In this document: one piece after another, positions 1-9,176 of the stretch
Layout of the letters: each line of letters opens with the position of its first letter
How positions within the stretch are numbered: position 1 is the stretch's first letter
Position numbers and translations under genes: made by a program
DNA from: Pseudomonadota bacterium
Lineage (GTDB): Bacteria; Bdellovibrionota_C; UBA2361; OMII01
Direction of reading: 5' to 3'
DNA: 64,000 nt
Assembly: GCA_038134595.1 (NCBI GenBank)
Contig: JAYPVM010000010.1
Location: 35,596-99,595 of the forward strand
Notes under the pieces: generated by a model
Seen by the model: the letters and a program-made list of their open reading frames with translations, nothing else
The model's database searches: none
What the model was told of the DNA's origin: nothing

Positions 1-2
1 AA

Positions 3-3000
3 TTTAGCCCTTTGAAACCGAGCTCCCTACGCGTTGTACTACCCACCTCTCCTCTTCATCAGGCTCTTGGCAACGATGACACCTGTGGCACACTGGGCGG
101 TACATTAGACTACTTCTTCATGCTGGCAAATCCACAACGTGGTAACGGAACGCTTTCCCTCGAAAACCTCTCCGTGGGATGCGCGCCTCACTCCTTGGCG
201 ATAGCGAAACCCGCAAATTTATCGATCGCCGAGGGAGCTATCGCCTTCGATAATATATCTCTAACAGGTCGACAGAGCTCATTACAGATCGGTGGAACAT
301 TGGGACTCGAACGCGGGTTCAATCTGTCTCTCGTCGGCGACCTCGATCTTGAAAGCATTAGTAACGTAATCCCCAACATCGATAATCTTCAAGGCAATGT
401 CCGGATTAAAGCCACAGCGACCGGCTCACCCACGTCACCCTCCCTACTTGGAACAGCGGACTTATCGCAAGCTCGATTCGGATTTTCTTCCCCGGACATT
501 GAAGCCCATGAAGTAGAAGGAAAGTTTACATTTGAGAATGACGAAATCCTAGTCGATGGAATGCATGGATCCATTAATGGAGGTCTCTTCAATCTACAAG
601 GAACGGTACGGCCATTTGATTGGAAGGATTCAGCCCTTAAGGTGTCTCTGGAAGAGGTTTCCATCGAGCCCGAAGATGATACTTCAATCACGTTTTCTGG
701 AGAGCTCACGCTAGGAGCATCAACCCTTAAAAAACAAACGCTATCGGGTGATATTGAAATTATCTTCGCGGAGGTAGCCAAGGAATTCGACATCAATAAG
801 ATCGTTTTAAAGACTCTCTCTGGCTATTTTCTTCCGGCCCGCATGCGCCCCTCGGGTGCTAGTAGTTCCCTAGATATGGGCCTTAATATAAATATTACGG
901 CTCCACGCAACTTGTTTATCATCACGCCTTTTCTGAGTGCTGAATTAAATGCTGATCTACGTGCTGCCGGCACGACATCCTCTCCAACACTGACAGGCAC
1001 CATGCAGTTTTTAACTGGTTGGATAGGCCTTAAAGGCAACCGATTTGATATTAATTCAGGAAAACTGAACTTTACGCCAAGCTCGTTAACACCTGAAATT
1101 TCTCTCGTAAGCGAAGGAACACTCAGAGCAACGACAGGCGAGAGTATAACTGTAATCCTCGAAGCCTCAGGGCAACTTCCGGCGCCTAAAATCACCTTAT
1201 CTTCGGATCGAGGTCTTTCTCAAAACGATCTTCTCTATCTTATAACGTCATCAAGGCCAATAGGTGAAAGCTCTCTCAGAGCGAGGATGAATTCTCAGTA
1301 TGAAAGCACTCGTGGCTACATTGCGACAGGCGGCATGCTAGCCCAGTTCCGCTCTTTCTTTAGAAGCCTTACGAGACTCGATGTCCTATCATTCGAACCA
1401 GCTTACAATCAATTTTCTGGTGCAATCGAACCCGCAATAATCGCTCGCAAAAACATCTCCCCTCGATTTAACTTAGTTGGTGAGAGTTTATTTAGTTCCG
1501 TTAGCAACTCCAAAGCCGGGGGCGTTTTTGCGCTAACTCCTTCTATCGATATTAACGCATTTATCCAAACAGTAAGCACTCAAAAGAATTCCATTCTAAG
1601 CAGCGATGTAACGTTCACCGTACTCTCCAAGCAGGCACAATTTGTCACGCTCAATGTAGCTGGAAACCGGGCACTACATCGCTCTGATTTGCTATCTGCG
1701 GCTCGACTCAATACAAATTCGAGAATTGAAAACTCCCCCTCCACACTCTTGCTAATTGAAAAACAACTTGTTTCGTACATGCAAGACAGAGGATATCGGA
1801 GAGGCTCAAGCAACGTCCGCTGTATTCGTGGACAGGCATTTTGCGAAGAATTGCTGATTTCGGTGGAAGAGCATTCCCCCTCTACGATCTTAGGAATTGC
1901 ATTTGATGGAGACCCGCTCCCAAAAAACTTGATTAATTCGATCAAACGCTCGGCTCCGATAGCCGCACCTGCCACTAAAAATATCCTGGAAGAAATCGAA
2001 CAGAAAACAATTGTCGCGCTACGCAACGAGGGATATATTTCTGCCAGGGTTACAGCAATTTATATCGACGATCCTGCCAAAGACACATGCATCCTTCGGA
2101 TTAGCACCGATTTACAACAGCCAATTTCATTTGTATTTAAGGGCAACACCGTCTTCTCTCCTGAAGACTTTCTCTCTTCAATTAATCTTTTCACCCGCAA
2201 ACGTGCTTTCGGCACCAATACCATCAATCATCTCGTACAAAACATCGAGCAGATGTATCTCTCCCGAGGGCATCTGTTCGTTCAAGTTCAACACACAGCA
2301 GAACGAGACGATTCAGGAAGAATTACATATCTAATCACTATCCAAGAAGATATGCCCATCAGCGTACAGACCCTAAAGCTTCGCGGAAATTCCTCATTAT
2401 CCAAAAAACAGATTCAACATATGATGGAAAAACTCGGCTTCGAAGAATACATACGCATGTTAACTCCACAGTATGCCATTCCCGATCAACTTGATTCCCT
2501 CAAAAAAATACTGCTCGACGTATACCTAAATGCGGGTTTTCCATCTGCCGAAATCCATTATCAAATCCTTCCCTCTATTGCAGCAAACAACCTAGAGATT
2601 GTCTTTGATATCTCTGAGGGGCCTCACATACAGGTGAACCACATCAAGATCCTCGGCGTTCCTCACGACACCCCCACTCTGGCACACCCTGATATGCCTG
2701 CTGCTTTACCTACCGTTAATGACTACCTTCAGGGTCTCCTATCGTCTCTTATAGACACGGGATACCTAAGCCCCGCGTTGATCAGTCAAATGGATCCGGA
2801 ATCAAGAACTCTGAACGTTACAGTTGAACCTGGCGTACAAACGTTCATCTCACATATAAGCATTGAAGGGTTGGGAGAAATTAAGCCGCAGACCATTCGA
2901 GATAATGTTACCCTTCAAGAAGGAGCTCCCCTTCGACAAAAAAACATTGAAGACACGAAACGTGCATTACTTCGGACAGGCTTGTTTTCAAGAATCGACA

Positions 3001-4091
3001 TCTTACCAACTGATGGAAGTTTTGACGATCGGCAAGAGGGTGTAACCATACGACTATTGGAAAAACCACTAGAAACTCTTGAGGTTGGGCTCGGTGCCAA
3101 CTCAGAATTTGGACTGCATACCTTCGGCGAAGCTTCTGATAAATCTTTGTTTGCAGATGGGCGCACGCTTACACTGCGAGTTGATACGTATTTTGATCAA
3201 TCGAGAATTAATCCCAGTGGCTCTGGATTAATCAGTCAAGGTTTTACAAGCCTTCGATTTGTCGATCCCACACTCATTGATTCGCAATATACTTTAACAG
3301 AAGAGCTTCGATACCAACGACAAGAGCTCTCGACTCAAGAGTTTAACCTCGATCGACTACTATTCGGCTCGTACGTACTACGCCGATTTGATCCAAGTTT
3401 TACCCTAAGTGCCGGCCATTCCTTTCTCTTCGACAACCCCCAAGATGTTTCCCCGGATGCTATCATCTCCGATCTAGATGATAAAGCAATCCGGCTTAGC
3501 TTCGTCTCTGGTGTTTTAAAACTCGATGAGCGAGACGATCCACTGATTCCCTCAAGAGGATATACATTTACCCTCGAGCCAAAGATAGCATCAAGTTTAC
3601 TTGGCTCAGAAGCGTCTTTTCTTTCGCTCTTAGCTCGTTCATCGGCCATAATACCGATTAGTCACAGATACTCTCTAGGTGCAAGCCTAAACGGCGGTAT
3701 TGCTCAAGCTCTAGGCTCCACAGATGAGATTCCAATTACACAGCGATTTTATTTAGGAGGAAGAACCTCGGTTCGTGGATTCAGAGAGAACTCCCTTGGA
3801 CCGCGGGGAGCTAACGGATCCGTATTAGGAGGAAATGCCTTGCTCTCATCGAAGCTAGAGCTTCAACATAGAACTCTAGACTCCCTGAGCACTCATATTT
3901 TTTTCGATGTCGGTAATGTTTTTCTCCGAGGATATGATGAAAATGAGTATGGTCTGAGAAAGAGTATCGGTGCAGGCTTCCAGTATCTATCGCCTATTGG
4001 ACCTATTGGCTTTGATATCGGACATCCTCTCGACGAAAAACCTGGTGAACCCTCGGTGCGACTACATTTCTCTGTGGGCAGCATGTTTTAG
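3..4091 (+). CDS. 5'-partial fusion protein: TamB/DUF490 C-terminal region + ~6 POTRA repeats + Omp85 (BamA/TamA) beta-barrel
   Basis: The frame is open from the window edge. The first ~540 aa are AsmA/TamB-like (GTPTSP-type repeats; ITLSSDRGLSQNDLLYLI). POTRA-like repeats follow (GN..L/F...Y...GY..A.V...I.EG), then a barrel with RFYLGGRTSVRGF and a C-terminal beta-signal SPIGPIGFDIG...LHFSVGSMF. Confidence 0.85.
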   Translation, partial: FSPLKPSSLRVVLPTSPLHQALGNDDTCGTLGGTLDYFFMLANPQRGNGTLSLENLSVGCAPHSLAIAKPANLSIAEGAIAFDNISLTGRQSSLQIGGTLGLERGFNLSLVGDLDLESISNVIPNIDNLQGNVRIKATATGSPTSPSLLGTADLSQARFGFSSPDIEAHEVEGKFTFENDEILVDGMHGSINGGLFNLQGTVRPFDWKDSALKVSLEEVSIEPEDDTSITFSGELTLGASTLKKQTLSGDIEIIFAEVAKEFDINKIVLKTLSGYFLPARMRPSGASSSLDMGLNINITAPRNLFIITPFLSAELNADLRAAGTTSSPTLTGTMQFLTGWIGLKGNRFDINSGKLNFTPSSLTPEISLVSEGTLRATTGESITVILEASGQLPAPKITLSSDRGLSQNDLLYLITSSRPIGESSLRARMNSQYESTRGYIATGGMLAQFRSFFRSLTRLDVLSFEPAYNQFSGAIEPAIIARKNISPRFNLVGESLFSSVSNSKAGGVFALTPSIDINAFIQTVSTQKNSILSSDVTFTVLSKQAQFVTLNVAGNRALHRSDLLSAARLNTNSRIENSPSTLLLIEKQLVSYMQDRGYRRGSSNVRCIRGQAFCEELLISVEEHSPSTILGIAFDGDPLPKNLINSIKRSAPIAAPATKNILEEIEQKTIVALRNEGYISARVTAIYIDDPAKDTCILRISTDLQQPISFVFKGNTVFSPEDFLSSINLFTRKRAFGTNTINHLVQNIEQMYLSRGHLFVQVQHTAERDDSGRITYLITIQEDMPISVQTLKLRGNSSLSKKQIQHMMEKLGFEEYIRMLTPQYAIPDQLDSLKKILLDVYLNAGFPSAEIHYQILPSIAANNLEIVFDISEGPHIQVNHIKILGVPHDTPTLAHPDMPAALPTVNDYLQGLLSSLIDTGYLSPALISQMDPESRTLNVTVEPGVQTFISHISIEGLGEIKPQTIRDNVTLQEGAPLRQKNIEDTKRALLRTGLFSRIDILPTDGSFDDRQEGVTIRLLEKPLETLEVGLGANSEFGLHTFGEASDKSLFADGRTLTLRVDTYFDQSRINPSGSGLISQGFTSLRFVDPTLIDSQYTLTEELRYQRQELSTQEFNLDRLLFGSYVLRRFDPSFTLSAGHSFLFDNPQDVSPDAIISDLDDKAIRLSFVSGVLKLDERDDPLIPSRGYTFTLEPKIASSLLGSEASFLSLLARSSAIIPISHRYSLGASLNGGIAQALGSTDEIPITQRFYLGGRTSVRGFRENSLGPRGANGSVLGGNALLSSKLELQHRTLDSLSTHIFFDVGNVFLRGYDENEYGLRKSIGAGFQYLSPIGPIGFDIGHPLDEKPGEPSVRLHFSVGSMF

Positions 4092-4421
4092 GGAAGAGCA
4101 TTACATCTCAACTGGCAAACATAAAGATGTTTGGTTTTAGAGAACAGTCGCTCAATAGCCGCCGCATGCTGGTAATATATGGCAATTTTTCAATGGAGCA
4201 TAGCTAGGTCCATCGAACTCGCAAGAACATGCCTTTTCCAATAGAGAGGAGTTCGTTAATTGTCAGATTCCTACTCTCTTAGTACAGTAGACTCAGAGAA
4301 TTTGATCTCACTTAACAAAAGGTCTTTCCATGTTATTTTTTAAGATCTAATCCTCATGTTACAGCATCTTGTTCTCTAGAATCTATCTAGAGATACTACA
4401 TACAGAAGAAACAGATTGGCC

Positions 4422-5435
4422 ATGAGCACTGACCTTCATATTTCAGACAATTCGATCGAGAAGGCCTCATTTTTTGCGATGGCTGGTTTTATCTTTTCGA
4501 TCTTTTACTTCAGCTTAAGCACGCCTCTTATAACCATCCTGTTTGGCTACTTGATTATCAAGTCGCTTGGCAAACGCCTTGGCTCACTCCTTACTATCCT
4601 GACATTTGGTATTTTGTCGGTAATTCTTTTCTATCTCTTTATTCACTTTATCGGTGAAGCCATCAGGGCACTTCCAGAAACCGTAGAGAAAGCCATTCCA
4701 ATTATCGTCGAGTTTGCCCACAAGAACGGCTTCGAAGTTCCATTCAGTGATGCGTTGACCTTAAAATCGTTTCTGGTCGACGGTTTTCGCTCTCAAATTG
4801 CCCATCTAGCAAAATTCGCTCAAATTTTCACAAAAGAGTTTGTATACATAATTATCAGCCTCGTAATAACCGCAGGACTCTTTCTTCAGCCCCAATTTGA
4901 TCTCGAGGCTATACGAGAAAAGGAAAGTCCTAACACATATCGCTCCTTCACCGTGGCATTAGCAAGTCGCTTTTACTCCTTCTTCGAGAGCTTTCGGACA
5001 GTTATGGGCGCTCAGGTAGTTATATCTCTGATTAATACCTTCTTCACCGGAATGTTTCTTATTATTCTTCACCTCCTGAAAATGCCCCTTCCCTACTCAT
5101 TTGTTATCGTAGTAGTTACTTTCTTATGTGGACTTCTACCGATCATCGGCAATCTGATTAGTAATACAATTATTTTTCTTATCGGGGTTTCACAGTCTAT
5201 CTACTTAGGTCTACTCGCCTTGTCCTATCTTATTGTGCTACATAAATTCGAGTATTTCTTAAATAGTAAGATTATAGGCGGCAAAATAAAAAATCCGATG
5301 TGGCTTACCCTGTTAGGACTTCTTGTGGGAGAGCGAATTGGGGGGGTCCCCGGAATGATATTGGCTCCTGTTTTGCTGCATTACTGCAAAGTTGAAGCAA
5401 AAAAAATACCCGTCTCAGGTTTCAGTCAAACCTAA
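4422..5435 (+). CDS. AI-2E (PerM) family membrane transporter
   Basis: Multiple TM segments and the family motifs LLPIIGNLIS, EYFLNSKIIG and GGVPGMILAPV. ATG at 4422 is preferred over TTG at 4416. Confidence 0.85.
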   Translation: MSTDLHISDNSIEKASFFAMAGFIFSIFYFSLSTPLITILFGYLIIKSLGKRLGSLLTILTFGILSVILFYLFIHFIGEAIRALPETVEKAIPIIVEFAHKNGFEVPFSDALTLKSFLVDGFRSQIAHLAKFAQIFTKEFVYIIISLVITAGLFLQPQFDLEAIREKESPNTYRSFTVALASRFYSFFESFRTVMGAQVVISLINTFFTGMFLIILHLLKMPLPYSFVIVVVTFLCGLLPIIGNLISNTIIFLIGVSQSIYLGLLALSYLIVLHKFEYFLNSKIIGGKIKNPMWLTLLGLLVGERIGGVPGMILAPVLLHYCKVEAKKIPVSGFSQT

Positions 5436-5597
5436 CCGCCTGAAAATACTGCGATTAGCTTCAATGCGCGTCTAAAAAAATTCAGGAACTCTTTCTGTCT
5501 ATCACGCATCCTATCAAACAATGGGCACACTGCGGGTGCTTTATGTTTAACGTTTAAAGCCGATAGTACAGGCATATCAAGGTTAGTCGAGGTTTTT

Positions 5598-6674
5598 ATG
5601 CATACTGCAATAGTTCTAGACGAATCGATCTCCCAATCATCTGTTCTTGATACAGCACAGCTGTTAAACGACGTCAGCGCGTTTGCCGATACGATTATTG
5701 TCAGCACGTCGCCAAGCCCCAAAGACTTCTCCTTAGGAATGTGGGTAACCGCCCCTGACCTCATGACTGGGCTCACCCAAGCAATCGGCCACGCTGCTAG
5801 TAAGCAGATATTATTGGTCAGCTCATCACTGGCATTTAATTCAACAGACCTTTCTAAAATTGTCGCCGAAATTGGGGATATAAGAACGCTTGAGCATCTC
5901 ATCGTTGCCCCAACAACTGAAGTAGGCACAATAAATCTCCCTGAGATCTCCCCAGAGAATATCGTTGCGGCTCTTGGAGAAGAGTGTATGTGGCCGTTGA
6001 CATGTATTGCCACCACAAGGAGGGCTCTAAGTGGCGTTTGGAGCGAGAATATCGAATCCCCAAATGAATTAGTTCTTCAAGCTCTCATCAAATCAATCGC
6101 TGACGGTGATTCCGTTCGTGTCATCGAGAGTATTTCTCCTGCGATAAGTTTAACTCGAGCCGAGGAAACAAGTCGTTTATCAGACGCAGCTCGAGCAAGA
6201 TGTTTAAAAGTCGCTGTAGACGAGATGAACATCGAAGAGTTGTTCCCTCAACACAATTGGGCTATGTACAGTGAAGAAAGCGCGGCTACAGCCTTTCACA
6301 CCCTAACGGCCCTATTCTTGCGACTCAATCAACCTGAGATCGCCCTCGAATGCCTTACATGTAGCGAAAAATTAGAAGAAAGTCCTCGCTATTTTGCACT
6401 TCAAGGATTTATCCACGAAGCACAGGGGGAAACTCTAGGAGCTGTAGCCAGTCTTGTTTCAAGCCTTCAATGTTATGAGGCTCGTAAAAACCAAGACAAA
6501 TCACACTATCTTCACTTCACGCCCAACAATATTGAGGTAGTCAAAACCCATTTAGAAGAGGGTCTGGATGCGTTAAATCGAAAAGATAACGACACTGCAC
6601 TCCGATCATTTTCAGATGCTATCTACTGCTTTGATAATTTCTATCAAGAGCTTGGCATTAAGAAAACGGTCTAA
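5598..6674 (+). CDS. Hypothetical protein; possible degenerate GT-A (GT2)-like N-terminal domain plus C-terminal TPR-like helices
   Basis: 358-aa ORF. The alpha/beta N-terminal half has no DxD motif. The C-terminus has TPR-like spacing (YFALQGFIHEAQGETLGAVASL; ALRSFSDAI). Confidence 0.5.
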   Translation: MHTAIVLDESISQSSVLDTAQLLNDVSAFADTIIVSTSPSPKDFSLGMWVTAPDLMTGLTQAIGHAASKQILLVSSSLAFNSTDLSKIVAEIGDIRTLEHLIVAPTTEVGTINLPEISPENIVAALGEECMWPLTCIATTRRALSGVWSENIESPNELVLQALIKSIADGDSVRVIESISPAISLTRAEETSRLSDAARARCLKVAVDEMNIEELFPQHNWAMYSEESAATAFHTLTALFLRLNQPEIALECLTCSEKLEESPRYFALQGFIHEAQGETLGAVASLVSSLQCYEARKNQDKSHYLHFTPNNIEVVKTHLEEGLDALNRKDNDTALRSFSDAIYCFDNFYQELGIKKTV

Positions 6675-6924
6675 GTATTTGTTATAACACGATATTACGG
6701 CAGTGCGTCAGTACCTTACGGTACCAGTACGCCAATTGTTTTTCTGAATTCGAACTCTTGATACCCACTTTATCAGCTACCGTTTTACACGAGGTTCAGC
6801 CATCATTATACTGTGCTCAGGCGCTTTGCTAAAAGACTTGGCCAGTATCGTTGTCGAGACTCCATATCTTCTAAAAGTTACAAGTAATCCAAAACTCAGG
6901 TGATAGTCTTTGGTGTGATATTCG

Positions 6925-9171
6925 ATGAGTTTTCTAAAGTTGAAATCAATCACATTCAGCAGCAAAAAGATCCTTTCAGCATCTCTGATTGCTCCAATGC
7001 TCTCGTTGGGAAGCCTTTGCATCCTCCTAGGAATCTCCTCTGGAACATGGAGACTATGGTCTGTCGCAGGCCCTATCATTAGCCCAGCGGGGCGTTTTAC
7101 GGCTCTAGCAGGTGGAATTCTTATCACTCTTGGCATATCTTACTCGCTCGCAATCAAGCGGAGAATCCCTACGTTTCGAGATTTTGCACACTTCGCCACA
7201 TGGGCAACTGGCCTCATAGCCGTTTTTGCTTCGGACTGGATAGAGCGTCCATGGAGCCTCTATCAGGGGCCAACGATTCGCGGCGAGCTATTTTTAGGAG
7301 CTATTCTCTCATATGTACTCCTAAGACACACATGGAAGCACTACGCTATTGTTCTTCCTGTACTCTCTGTTGGACTACTCATATGGTCATTTACTACCGA
7401 AGCGGATGGTCGGCTACTGTTTTCAGATGATCATGCAATGTTTCTATTTCGACTCAAAATGCTCGTTGAGAATTTTCCTATGATTCCGTTTTGGTCTCCT
7501 TTATGGAACTCCGGTTTCGATGCCAGGGATTACTTTGCAACAGGAGCTTTAAACTTTTTCTTTGTCTTTTCGCCGATACTTTATGCCTTCTCAATTGAAC
7601 ACGTATATCCATATCTCATCGCCATATTGCTCTGGATATGTCTTCCTTGCAGCATTTATATTAGCTCACGGCTACTGCATTATCCAAAAACGTATGGCTT
7701 CATAGCCTCCACTGTCGCGCTCTCCACAGGACTATTTTGGTATCGTTGGGCTCTAAAATATGGGACCCTCGGATTTATTACCAGCTCGATCCTTCTTCCG
7801 ATAGTGGTTGTCCTATGGCACAGATTTATCAAAAAGAAGTCTCCCTCCCTATGGATTAGATTCTTCCTGATTGTAACGACAACTCTGATGTGCTTATGGT
7901 CTCCCTCTGCGCTGGCAACGCTACCCATAGGCTTTTTCGTGGTCCATTCACTTCCCCGCCTCATCGTGTCAAAAAAGCACGTAGTTACGGTCCTCTTACT
8001 CGTAGCGATGAATCTTCCGTGGATGAGTATGATGTGGAAAGTTTCTAGCGTAGGAAAATTTCTCAATACAGAGCAGGCACACACCTCCTCAAGCATTACA
8101 GACCCTCATTCGGTGGTCGAGGGTGCGGGCGCCATTAAATCGAAGCGCTCGACATATCGACACCGTTCTGGTTCACTTAATCTGAAAGAGGCGATCAATC
8201 AGTGGCATAAAAATGCTCACGCTCTCAATCCGATCCTCGTCATTCTAGGTATTCCGAGTATTTTACTTCTGGCCAGAAAGGAGCGCTTGTTATTTGGAAC
8301 ATTAGTCGCTTGGATGCTTTTCATGGGCACTATCCTCGTCCCAATAAAACCACAACTAGAGCTAGATAGAATGATAGTCATGGCCTCTGTGCTTATTTGT
8401 ATCCCCGTAGGTCGGGCTCTTACAAGGCTATTCTTGAAGGCCTCTCGCTCATCCGCACACCAATTAGCAGGTTCTGTCGTAGGAGCCTTCCTATTAATAG
8501 GACCATTTACCACCTCAGCGATTGTGCTAAATCGCTCCGACGAAGCATATTCATTTTTATCGCCTAGCTCAGACGAGCTCATTCAGGCAATTAAGGCAAA
8601 CACCTCCAAAGGCCGTGTGTTCTTTACAGGGTGTGTCCTACATGAACTCGATGGTGGCCACTTGGCGCCCCTTCCACTATGGGCGGACGCTGAGATGATT
8701 GCAACAAGCTACGCTCATAACATCTGGAACTACACACAACCATTTCCCAAAGATGTTTTAGAGGGCGGCATTCCTGCCATTGAAGCGTATCTTCACTCGC
8801 GAGACGTATCGTTAATAACAGCACATGAGCCTGTATGGATTTCCTTTCTTAAGAAAAATAAAAAGCTGTACGAACGAATTAGCGAACATGGAAAATTCGT
8901 GCTCTTTAGGAGAAAATTCTACACGCCCAATCTGGTTGTTGAGGGAGATCTGAGAGAACTGGTAAGATCTACCAATGCAATCTCTTTTATTCCAACGACT
9001 CCATCAGTAACACTCAACTATACATATTACCCCTTTTTAAGGGCGTCATCAGGACACATTACAGCTGTTCCTACTACATACGGAGACACCTATATCTCGG
9101 TGTCTGGATATTCACTCGGCGAGCGCATAACGGTACAAAGTGCCTCTCCCCTTAACCGATTGATAATGTAG
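6925..9171 (+). CDS. Polytopic membrane protein, GT-C/YfhO-like putative glycosyltransferase
   Basis: More than 12 hydrophobic segments. A DD acidic pair after an early TM is followed by WSPLWNSGF, similar to the W.P.W..G.P motif of YfhO/PTPS-related membrane proteins. The C-terminal domain is soluble. Confidence 0.6.
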   Translation: MSFLKLKSITFSSKKILSASLIAPMLSLGSLCILLGISSGTWRLWSVAGPIISPAGRFTALAGGILITLGISYSLAIKRRIPTFRDFAHFATWATGLIAVFASDWIERPWSLYQGPTIRGELFLGAILSYVLLRHTWKHYAIVLPVLSVGLLIWSFTTEADGRLLFSDDHAMFLFRLKMLVENFPMIPFWSPLWNSGFDARDYFATGALNFFFVFSPILYAFSIEHVYPYLIAILLWICLPCSIYISSRLLHYPKTYGFIASTVALSTGLFWYRWALKYGTLGFITSSILLPIVVVLWHRFIKKKSPSLWIRFFLIVTTTLMCLWSPSALATLPIGFFVVHSLPRLIVSKKHVVTVLLLVAMNLPWMSMMWKVSSVGKFLNTEQAHTSSSITDPHSVVEGAGAIKSKRSTYRHRSGSLNLKEAINQWHKNAHALNPILVILGIPSILLLARKERLLFGTLVAWMLFMGTILVPIKPQLELDRMIVMASVLICIPVGRALTRLFLKASRSSAHQLAGSVVGAFLLIGPFTTSAIVLNRSDEAYSFLSPSSDELIQAIKANTSKGRVFFTGCVLHELDGGHLAPLPLWADAEMIATSYAHNIWNYTQPFPKDVLEGGIPAIEAYLHSRDVSLITAHEPVWISFLKKNKKLYERISEHGKFVLFRRKFYTPNLVVEGDLRELVRSTNAISFIPTTPSVTLNYTYYPFLRASSGHITAVPTTYGDTYISVSGYSLGERITVQSASPLNRLIM

Positions 9172-9176
9172 CCTCC

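Noticed and set aside
5432..6016. 194-aa minus-strand ORF
   Set aside because: It is antisense to the longer 358-aa ORF and has no recognisable motifs.
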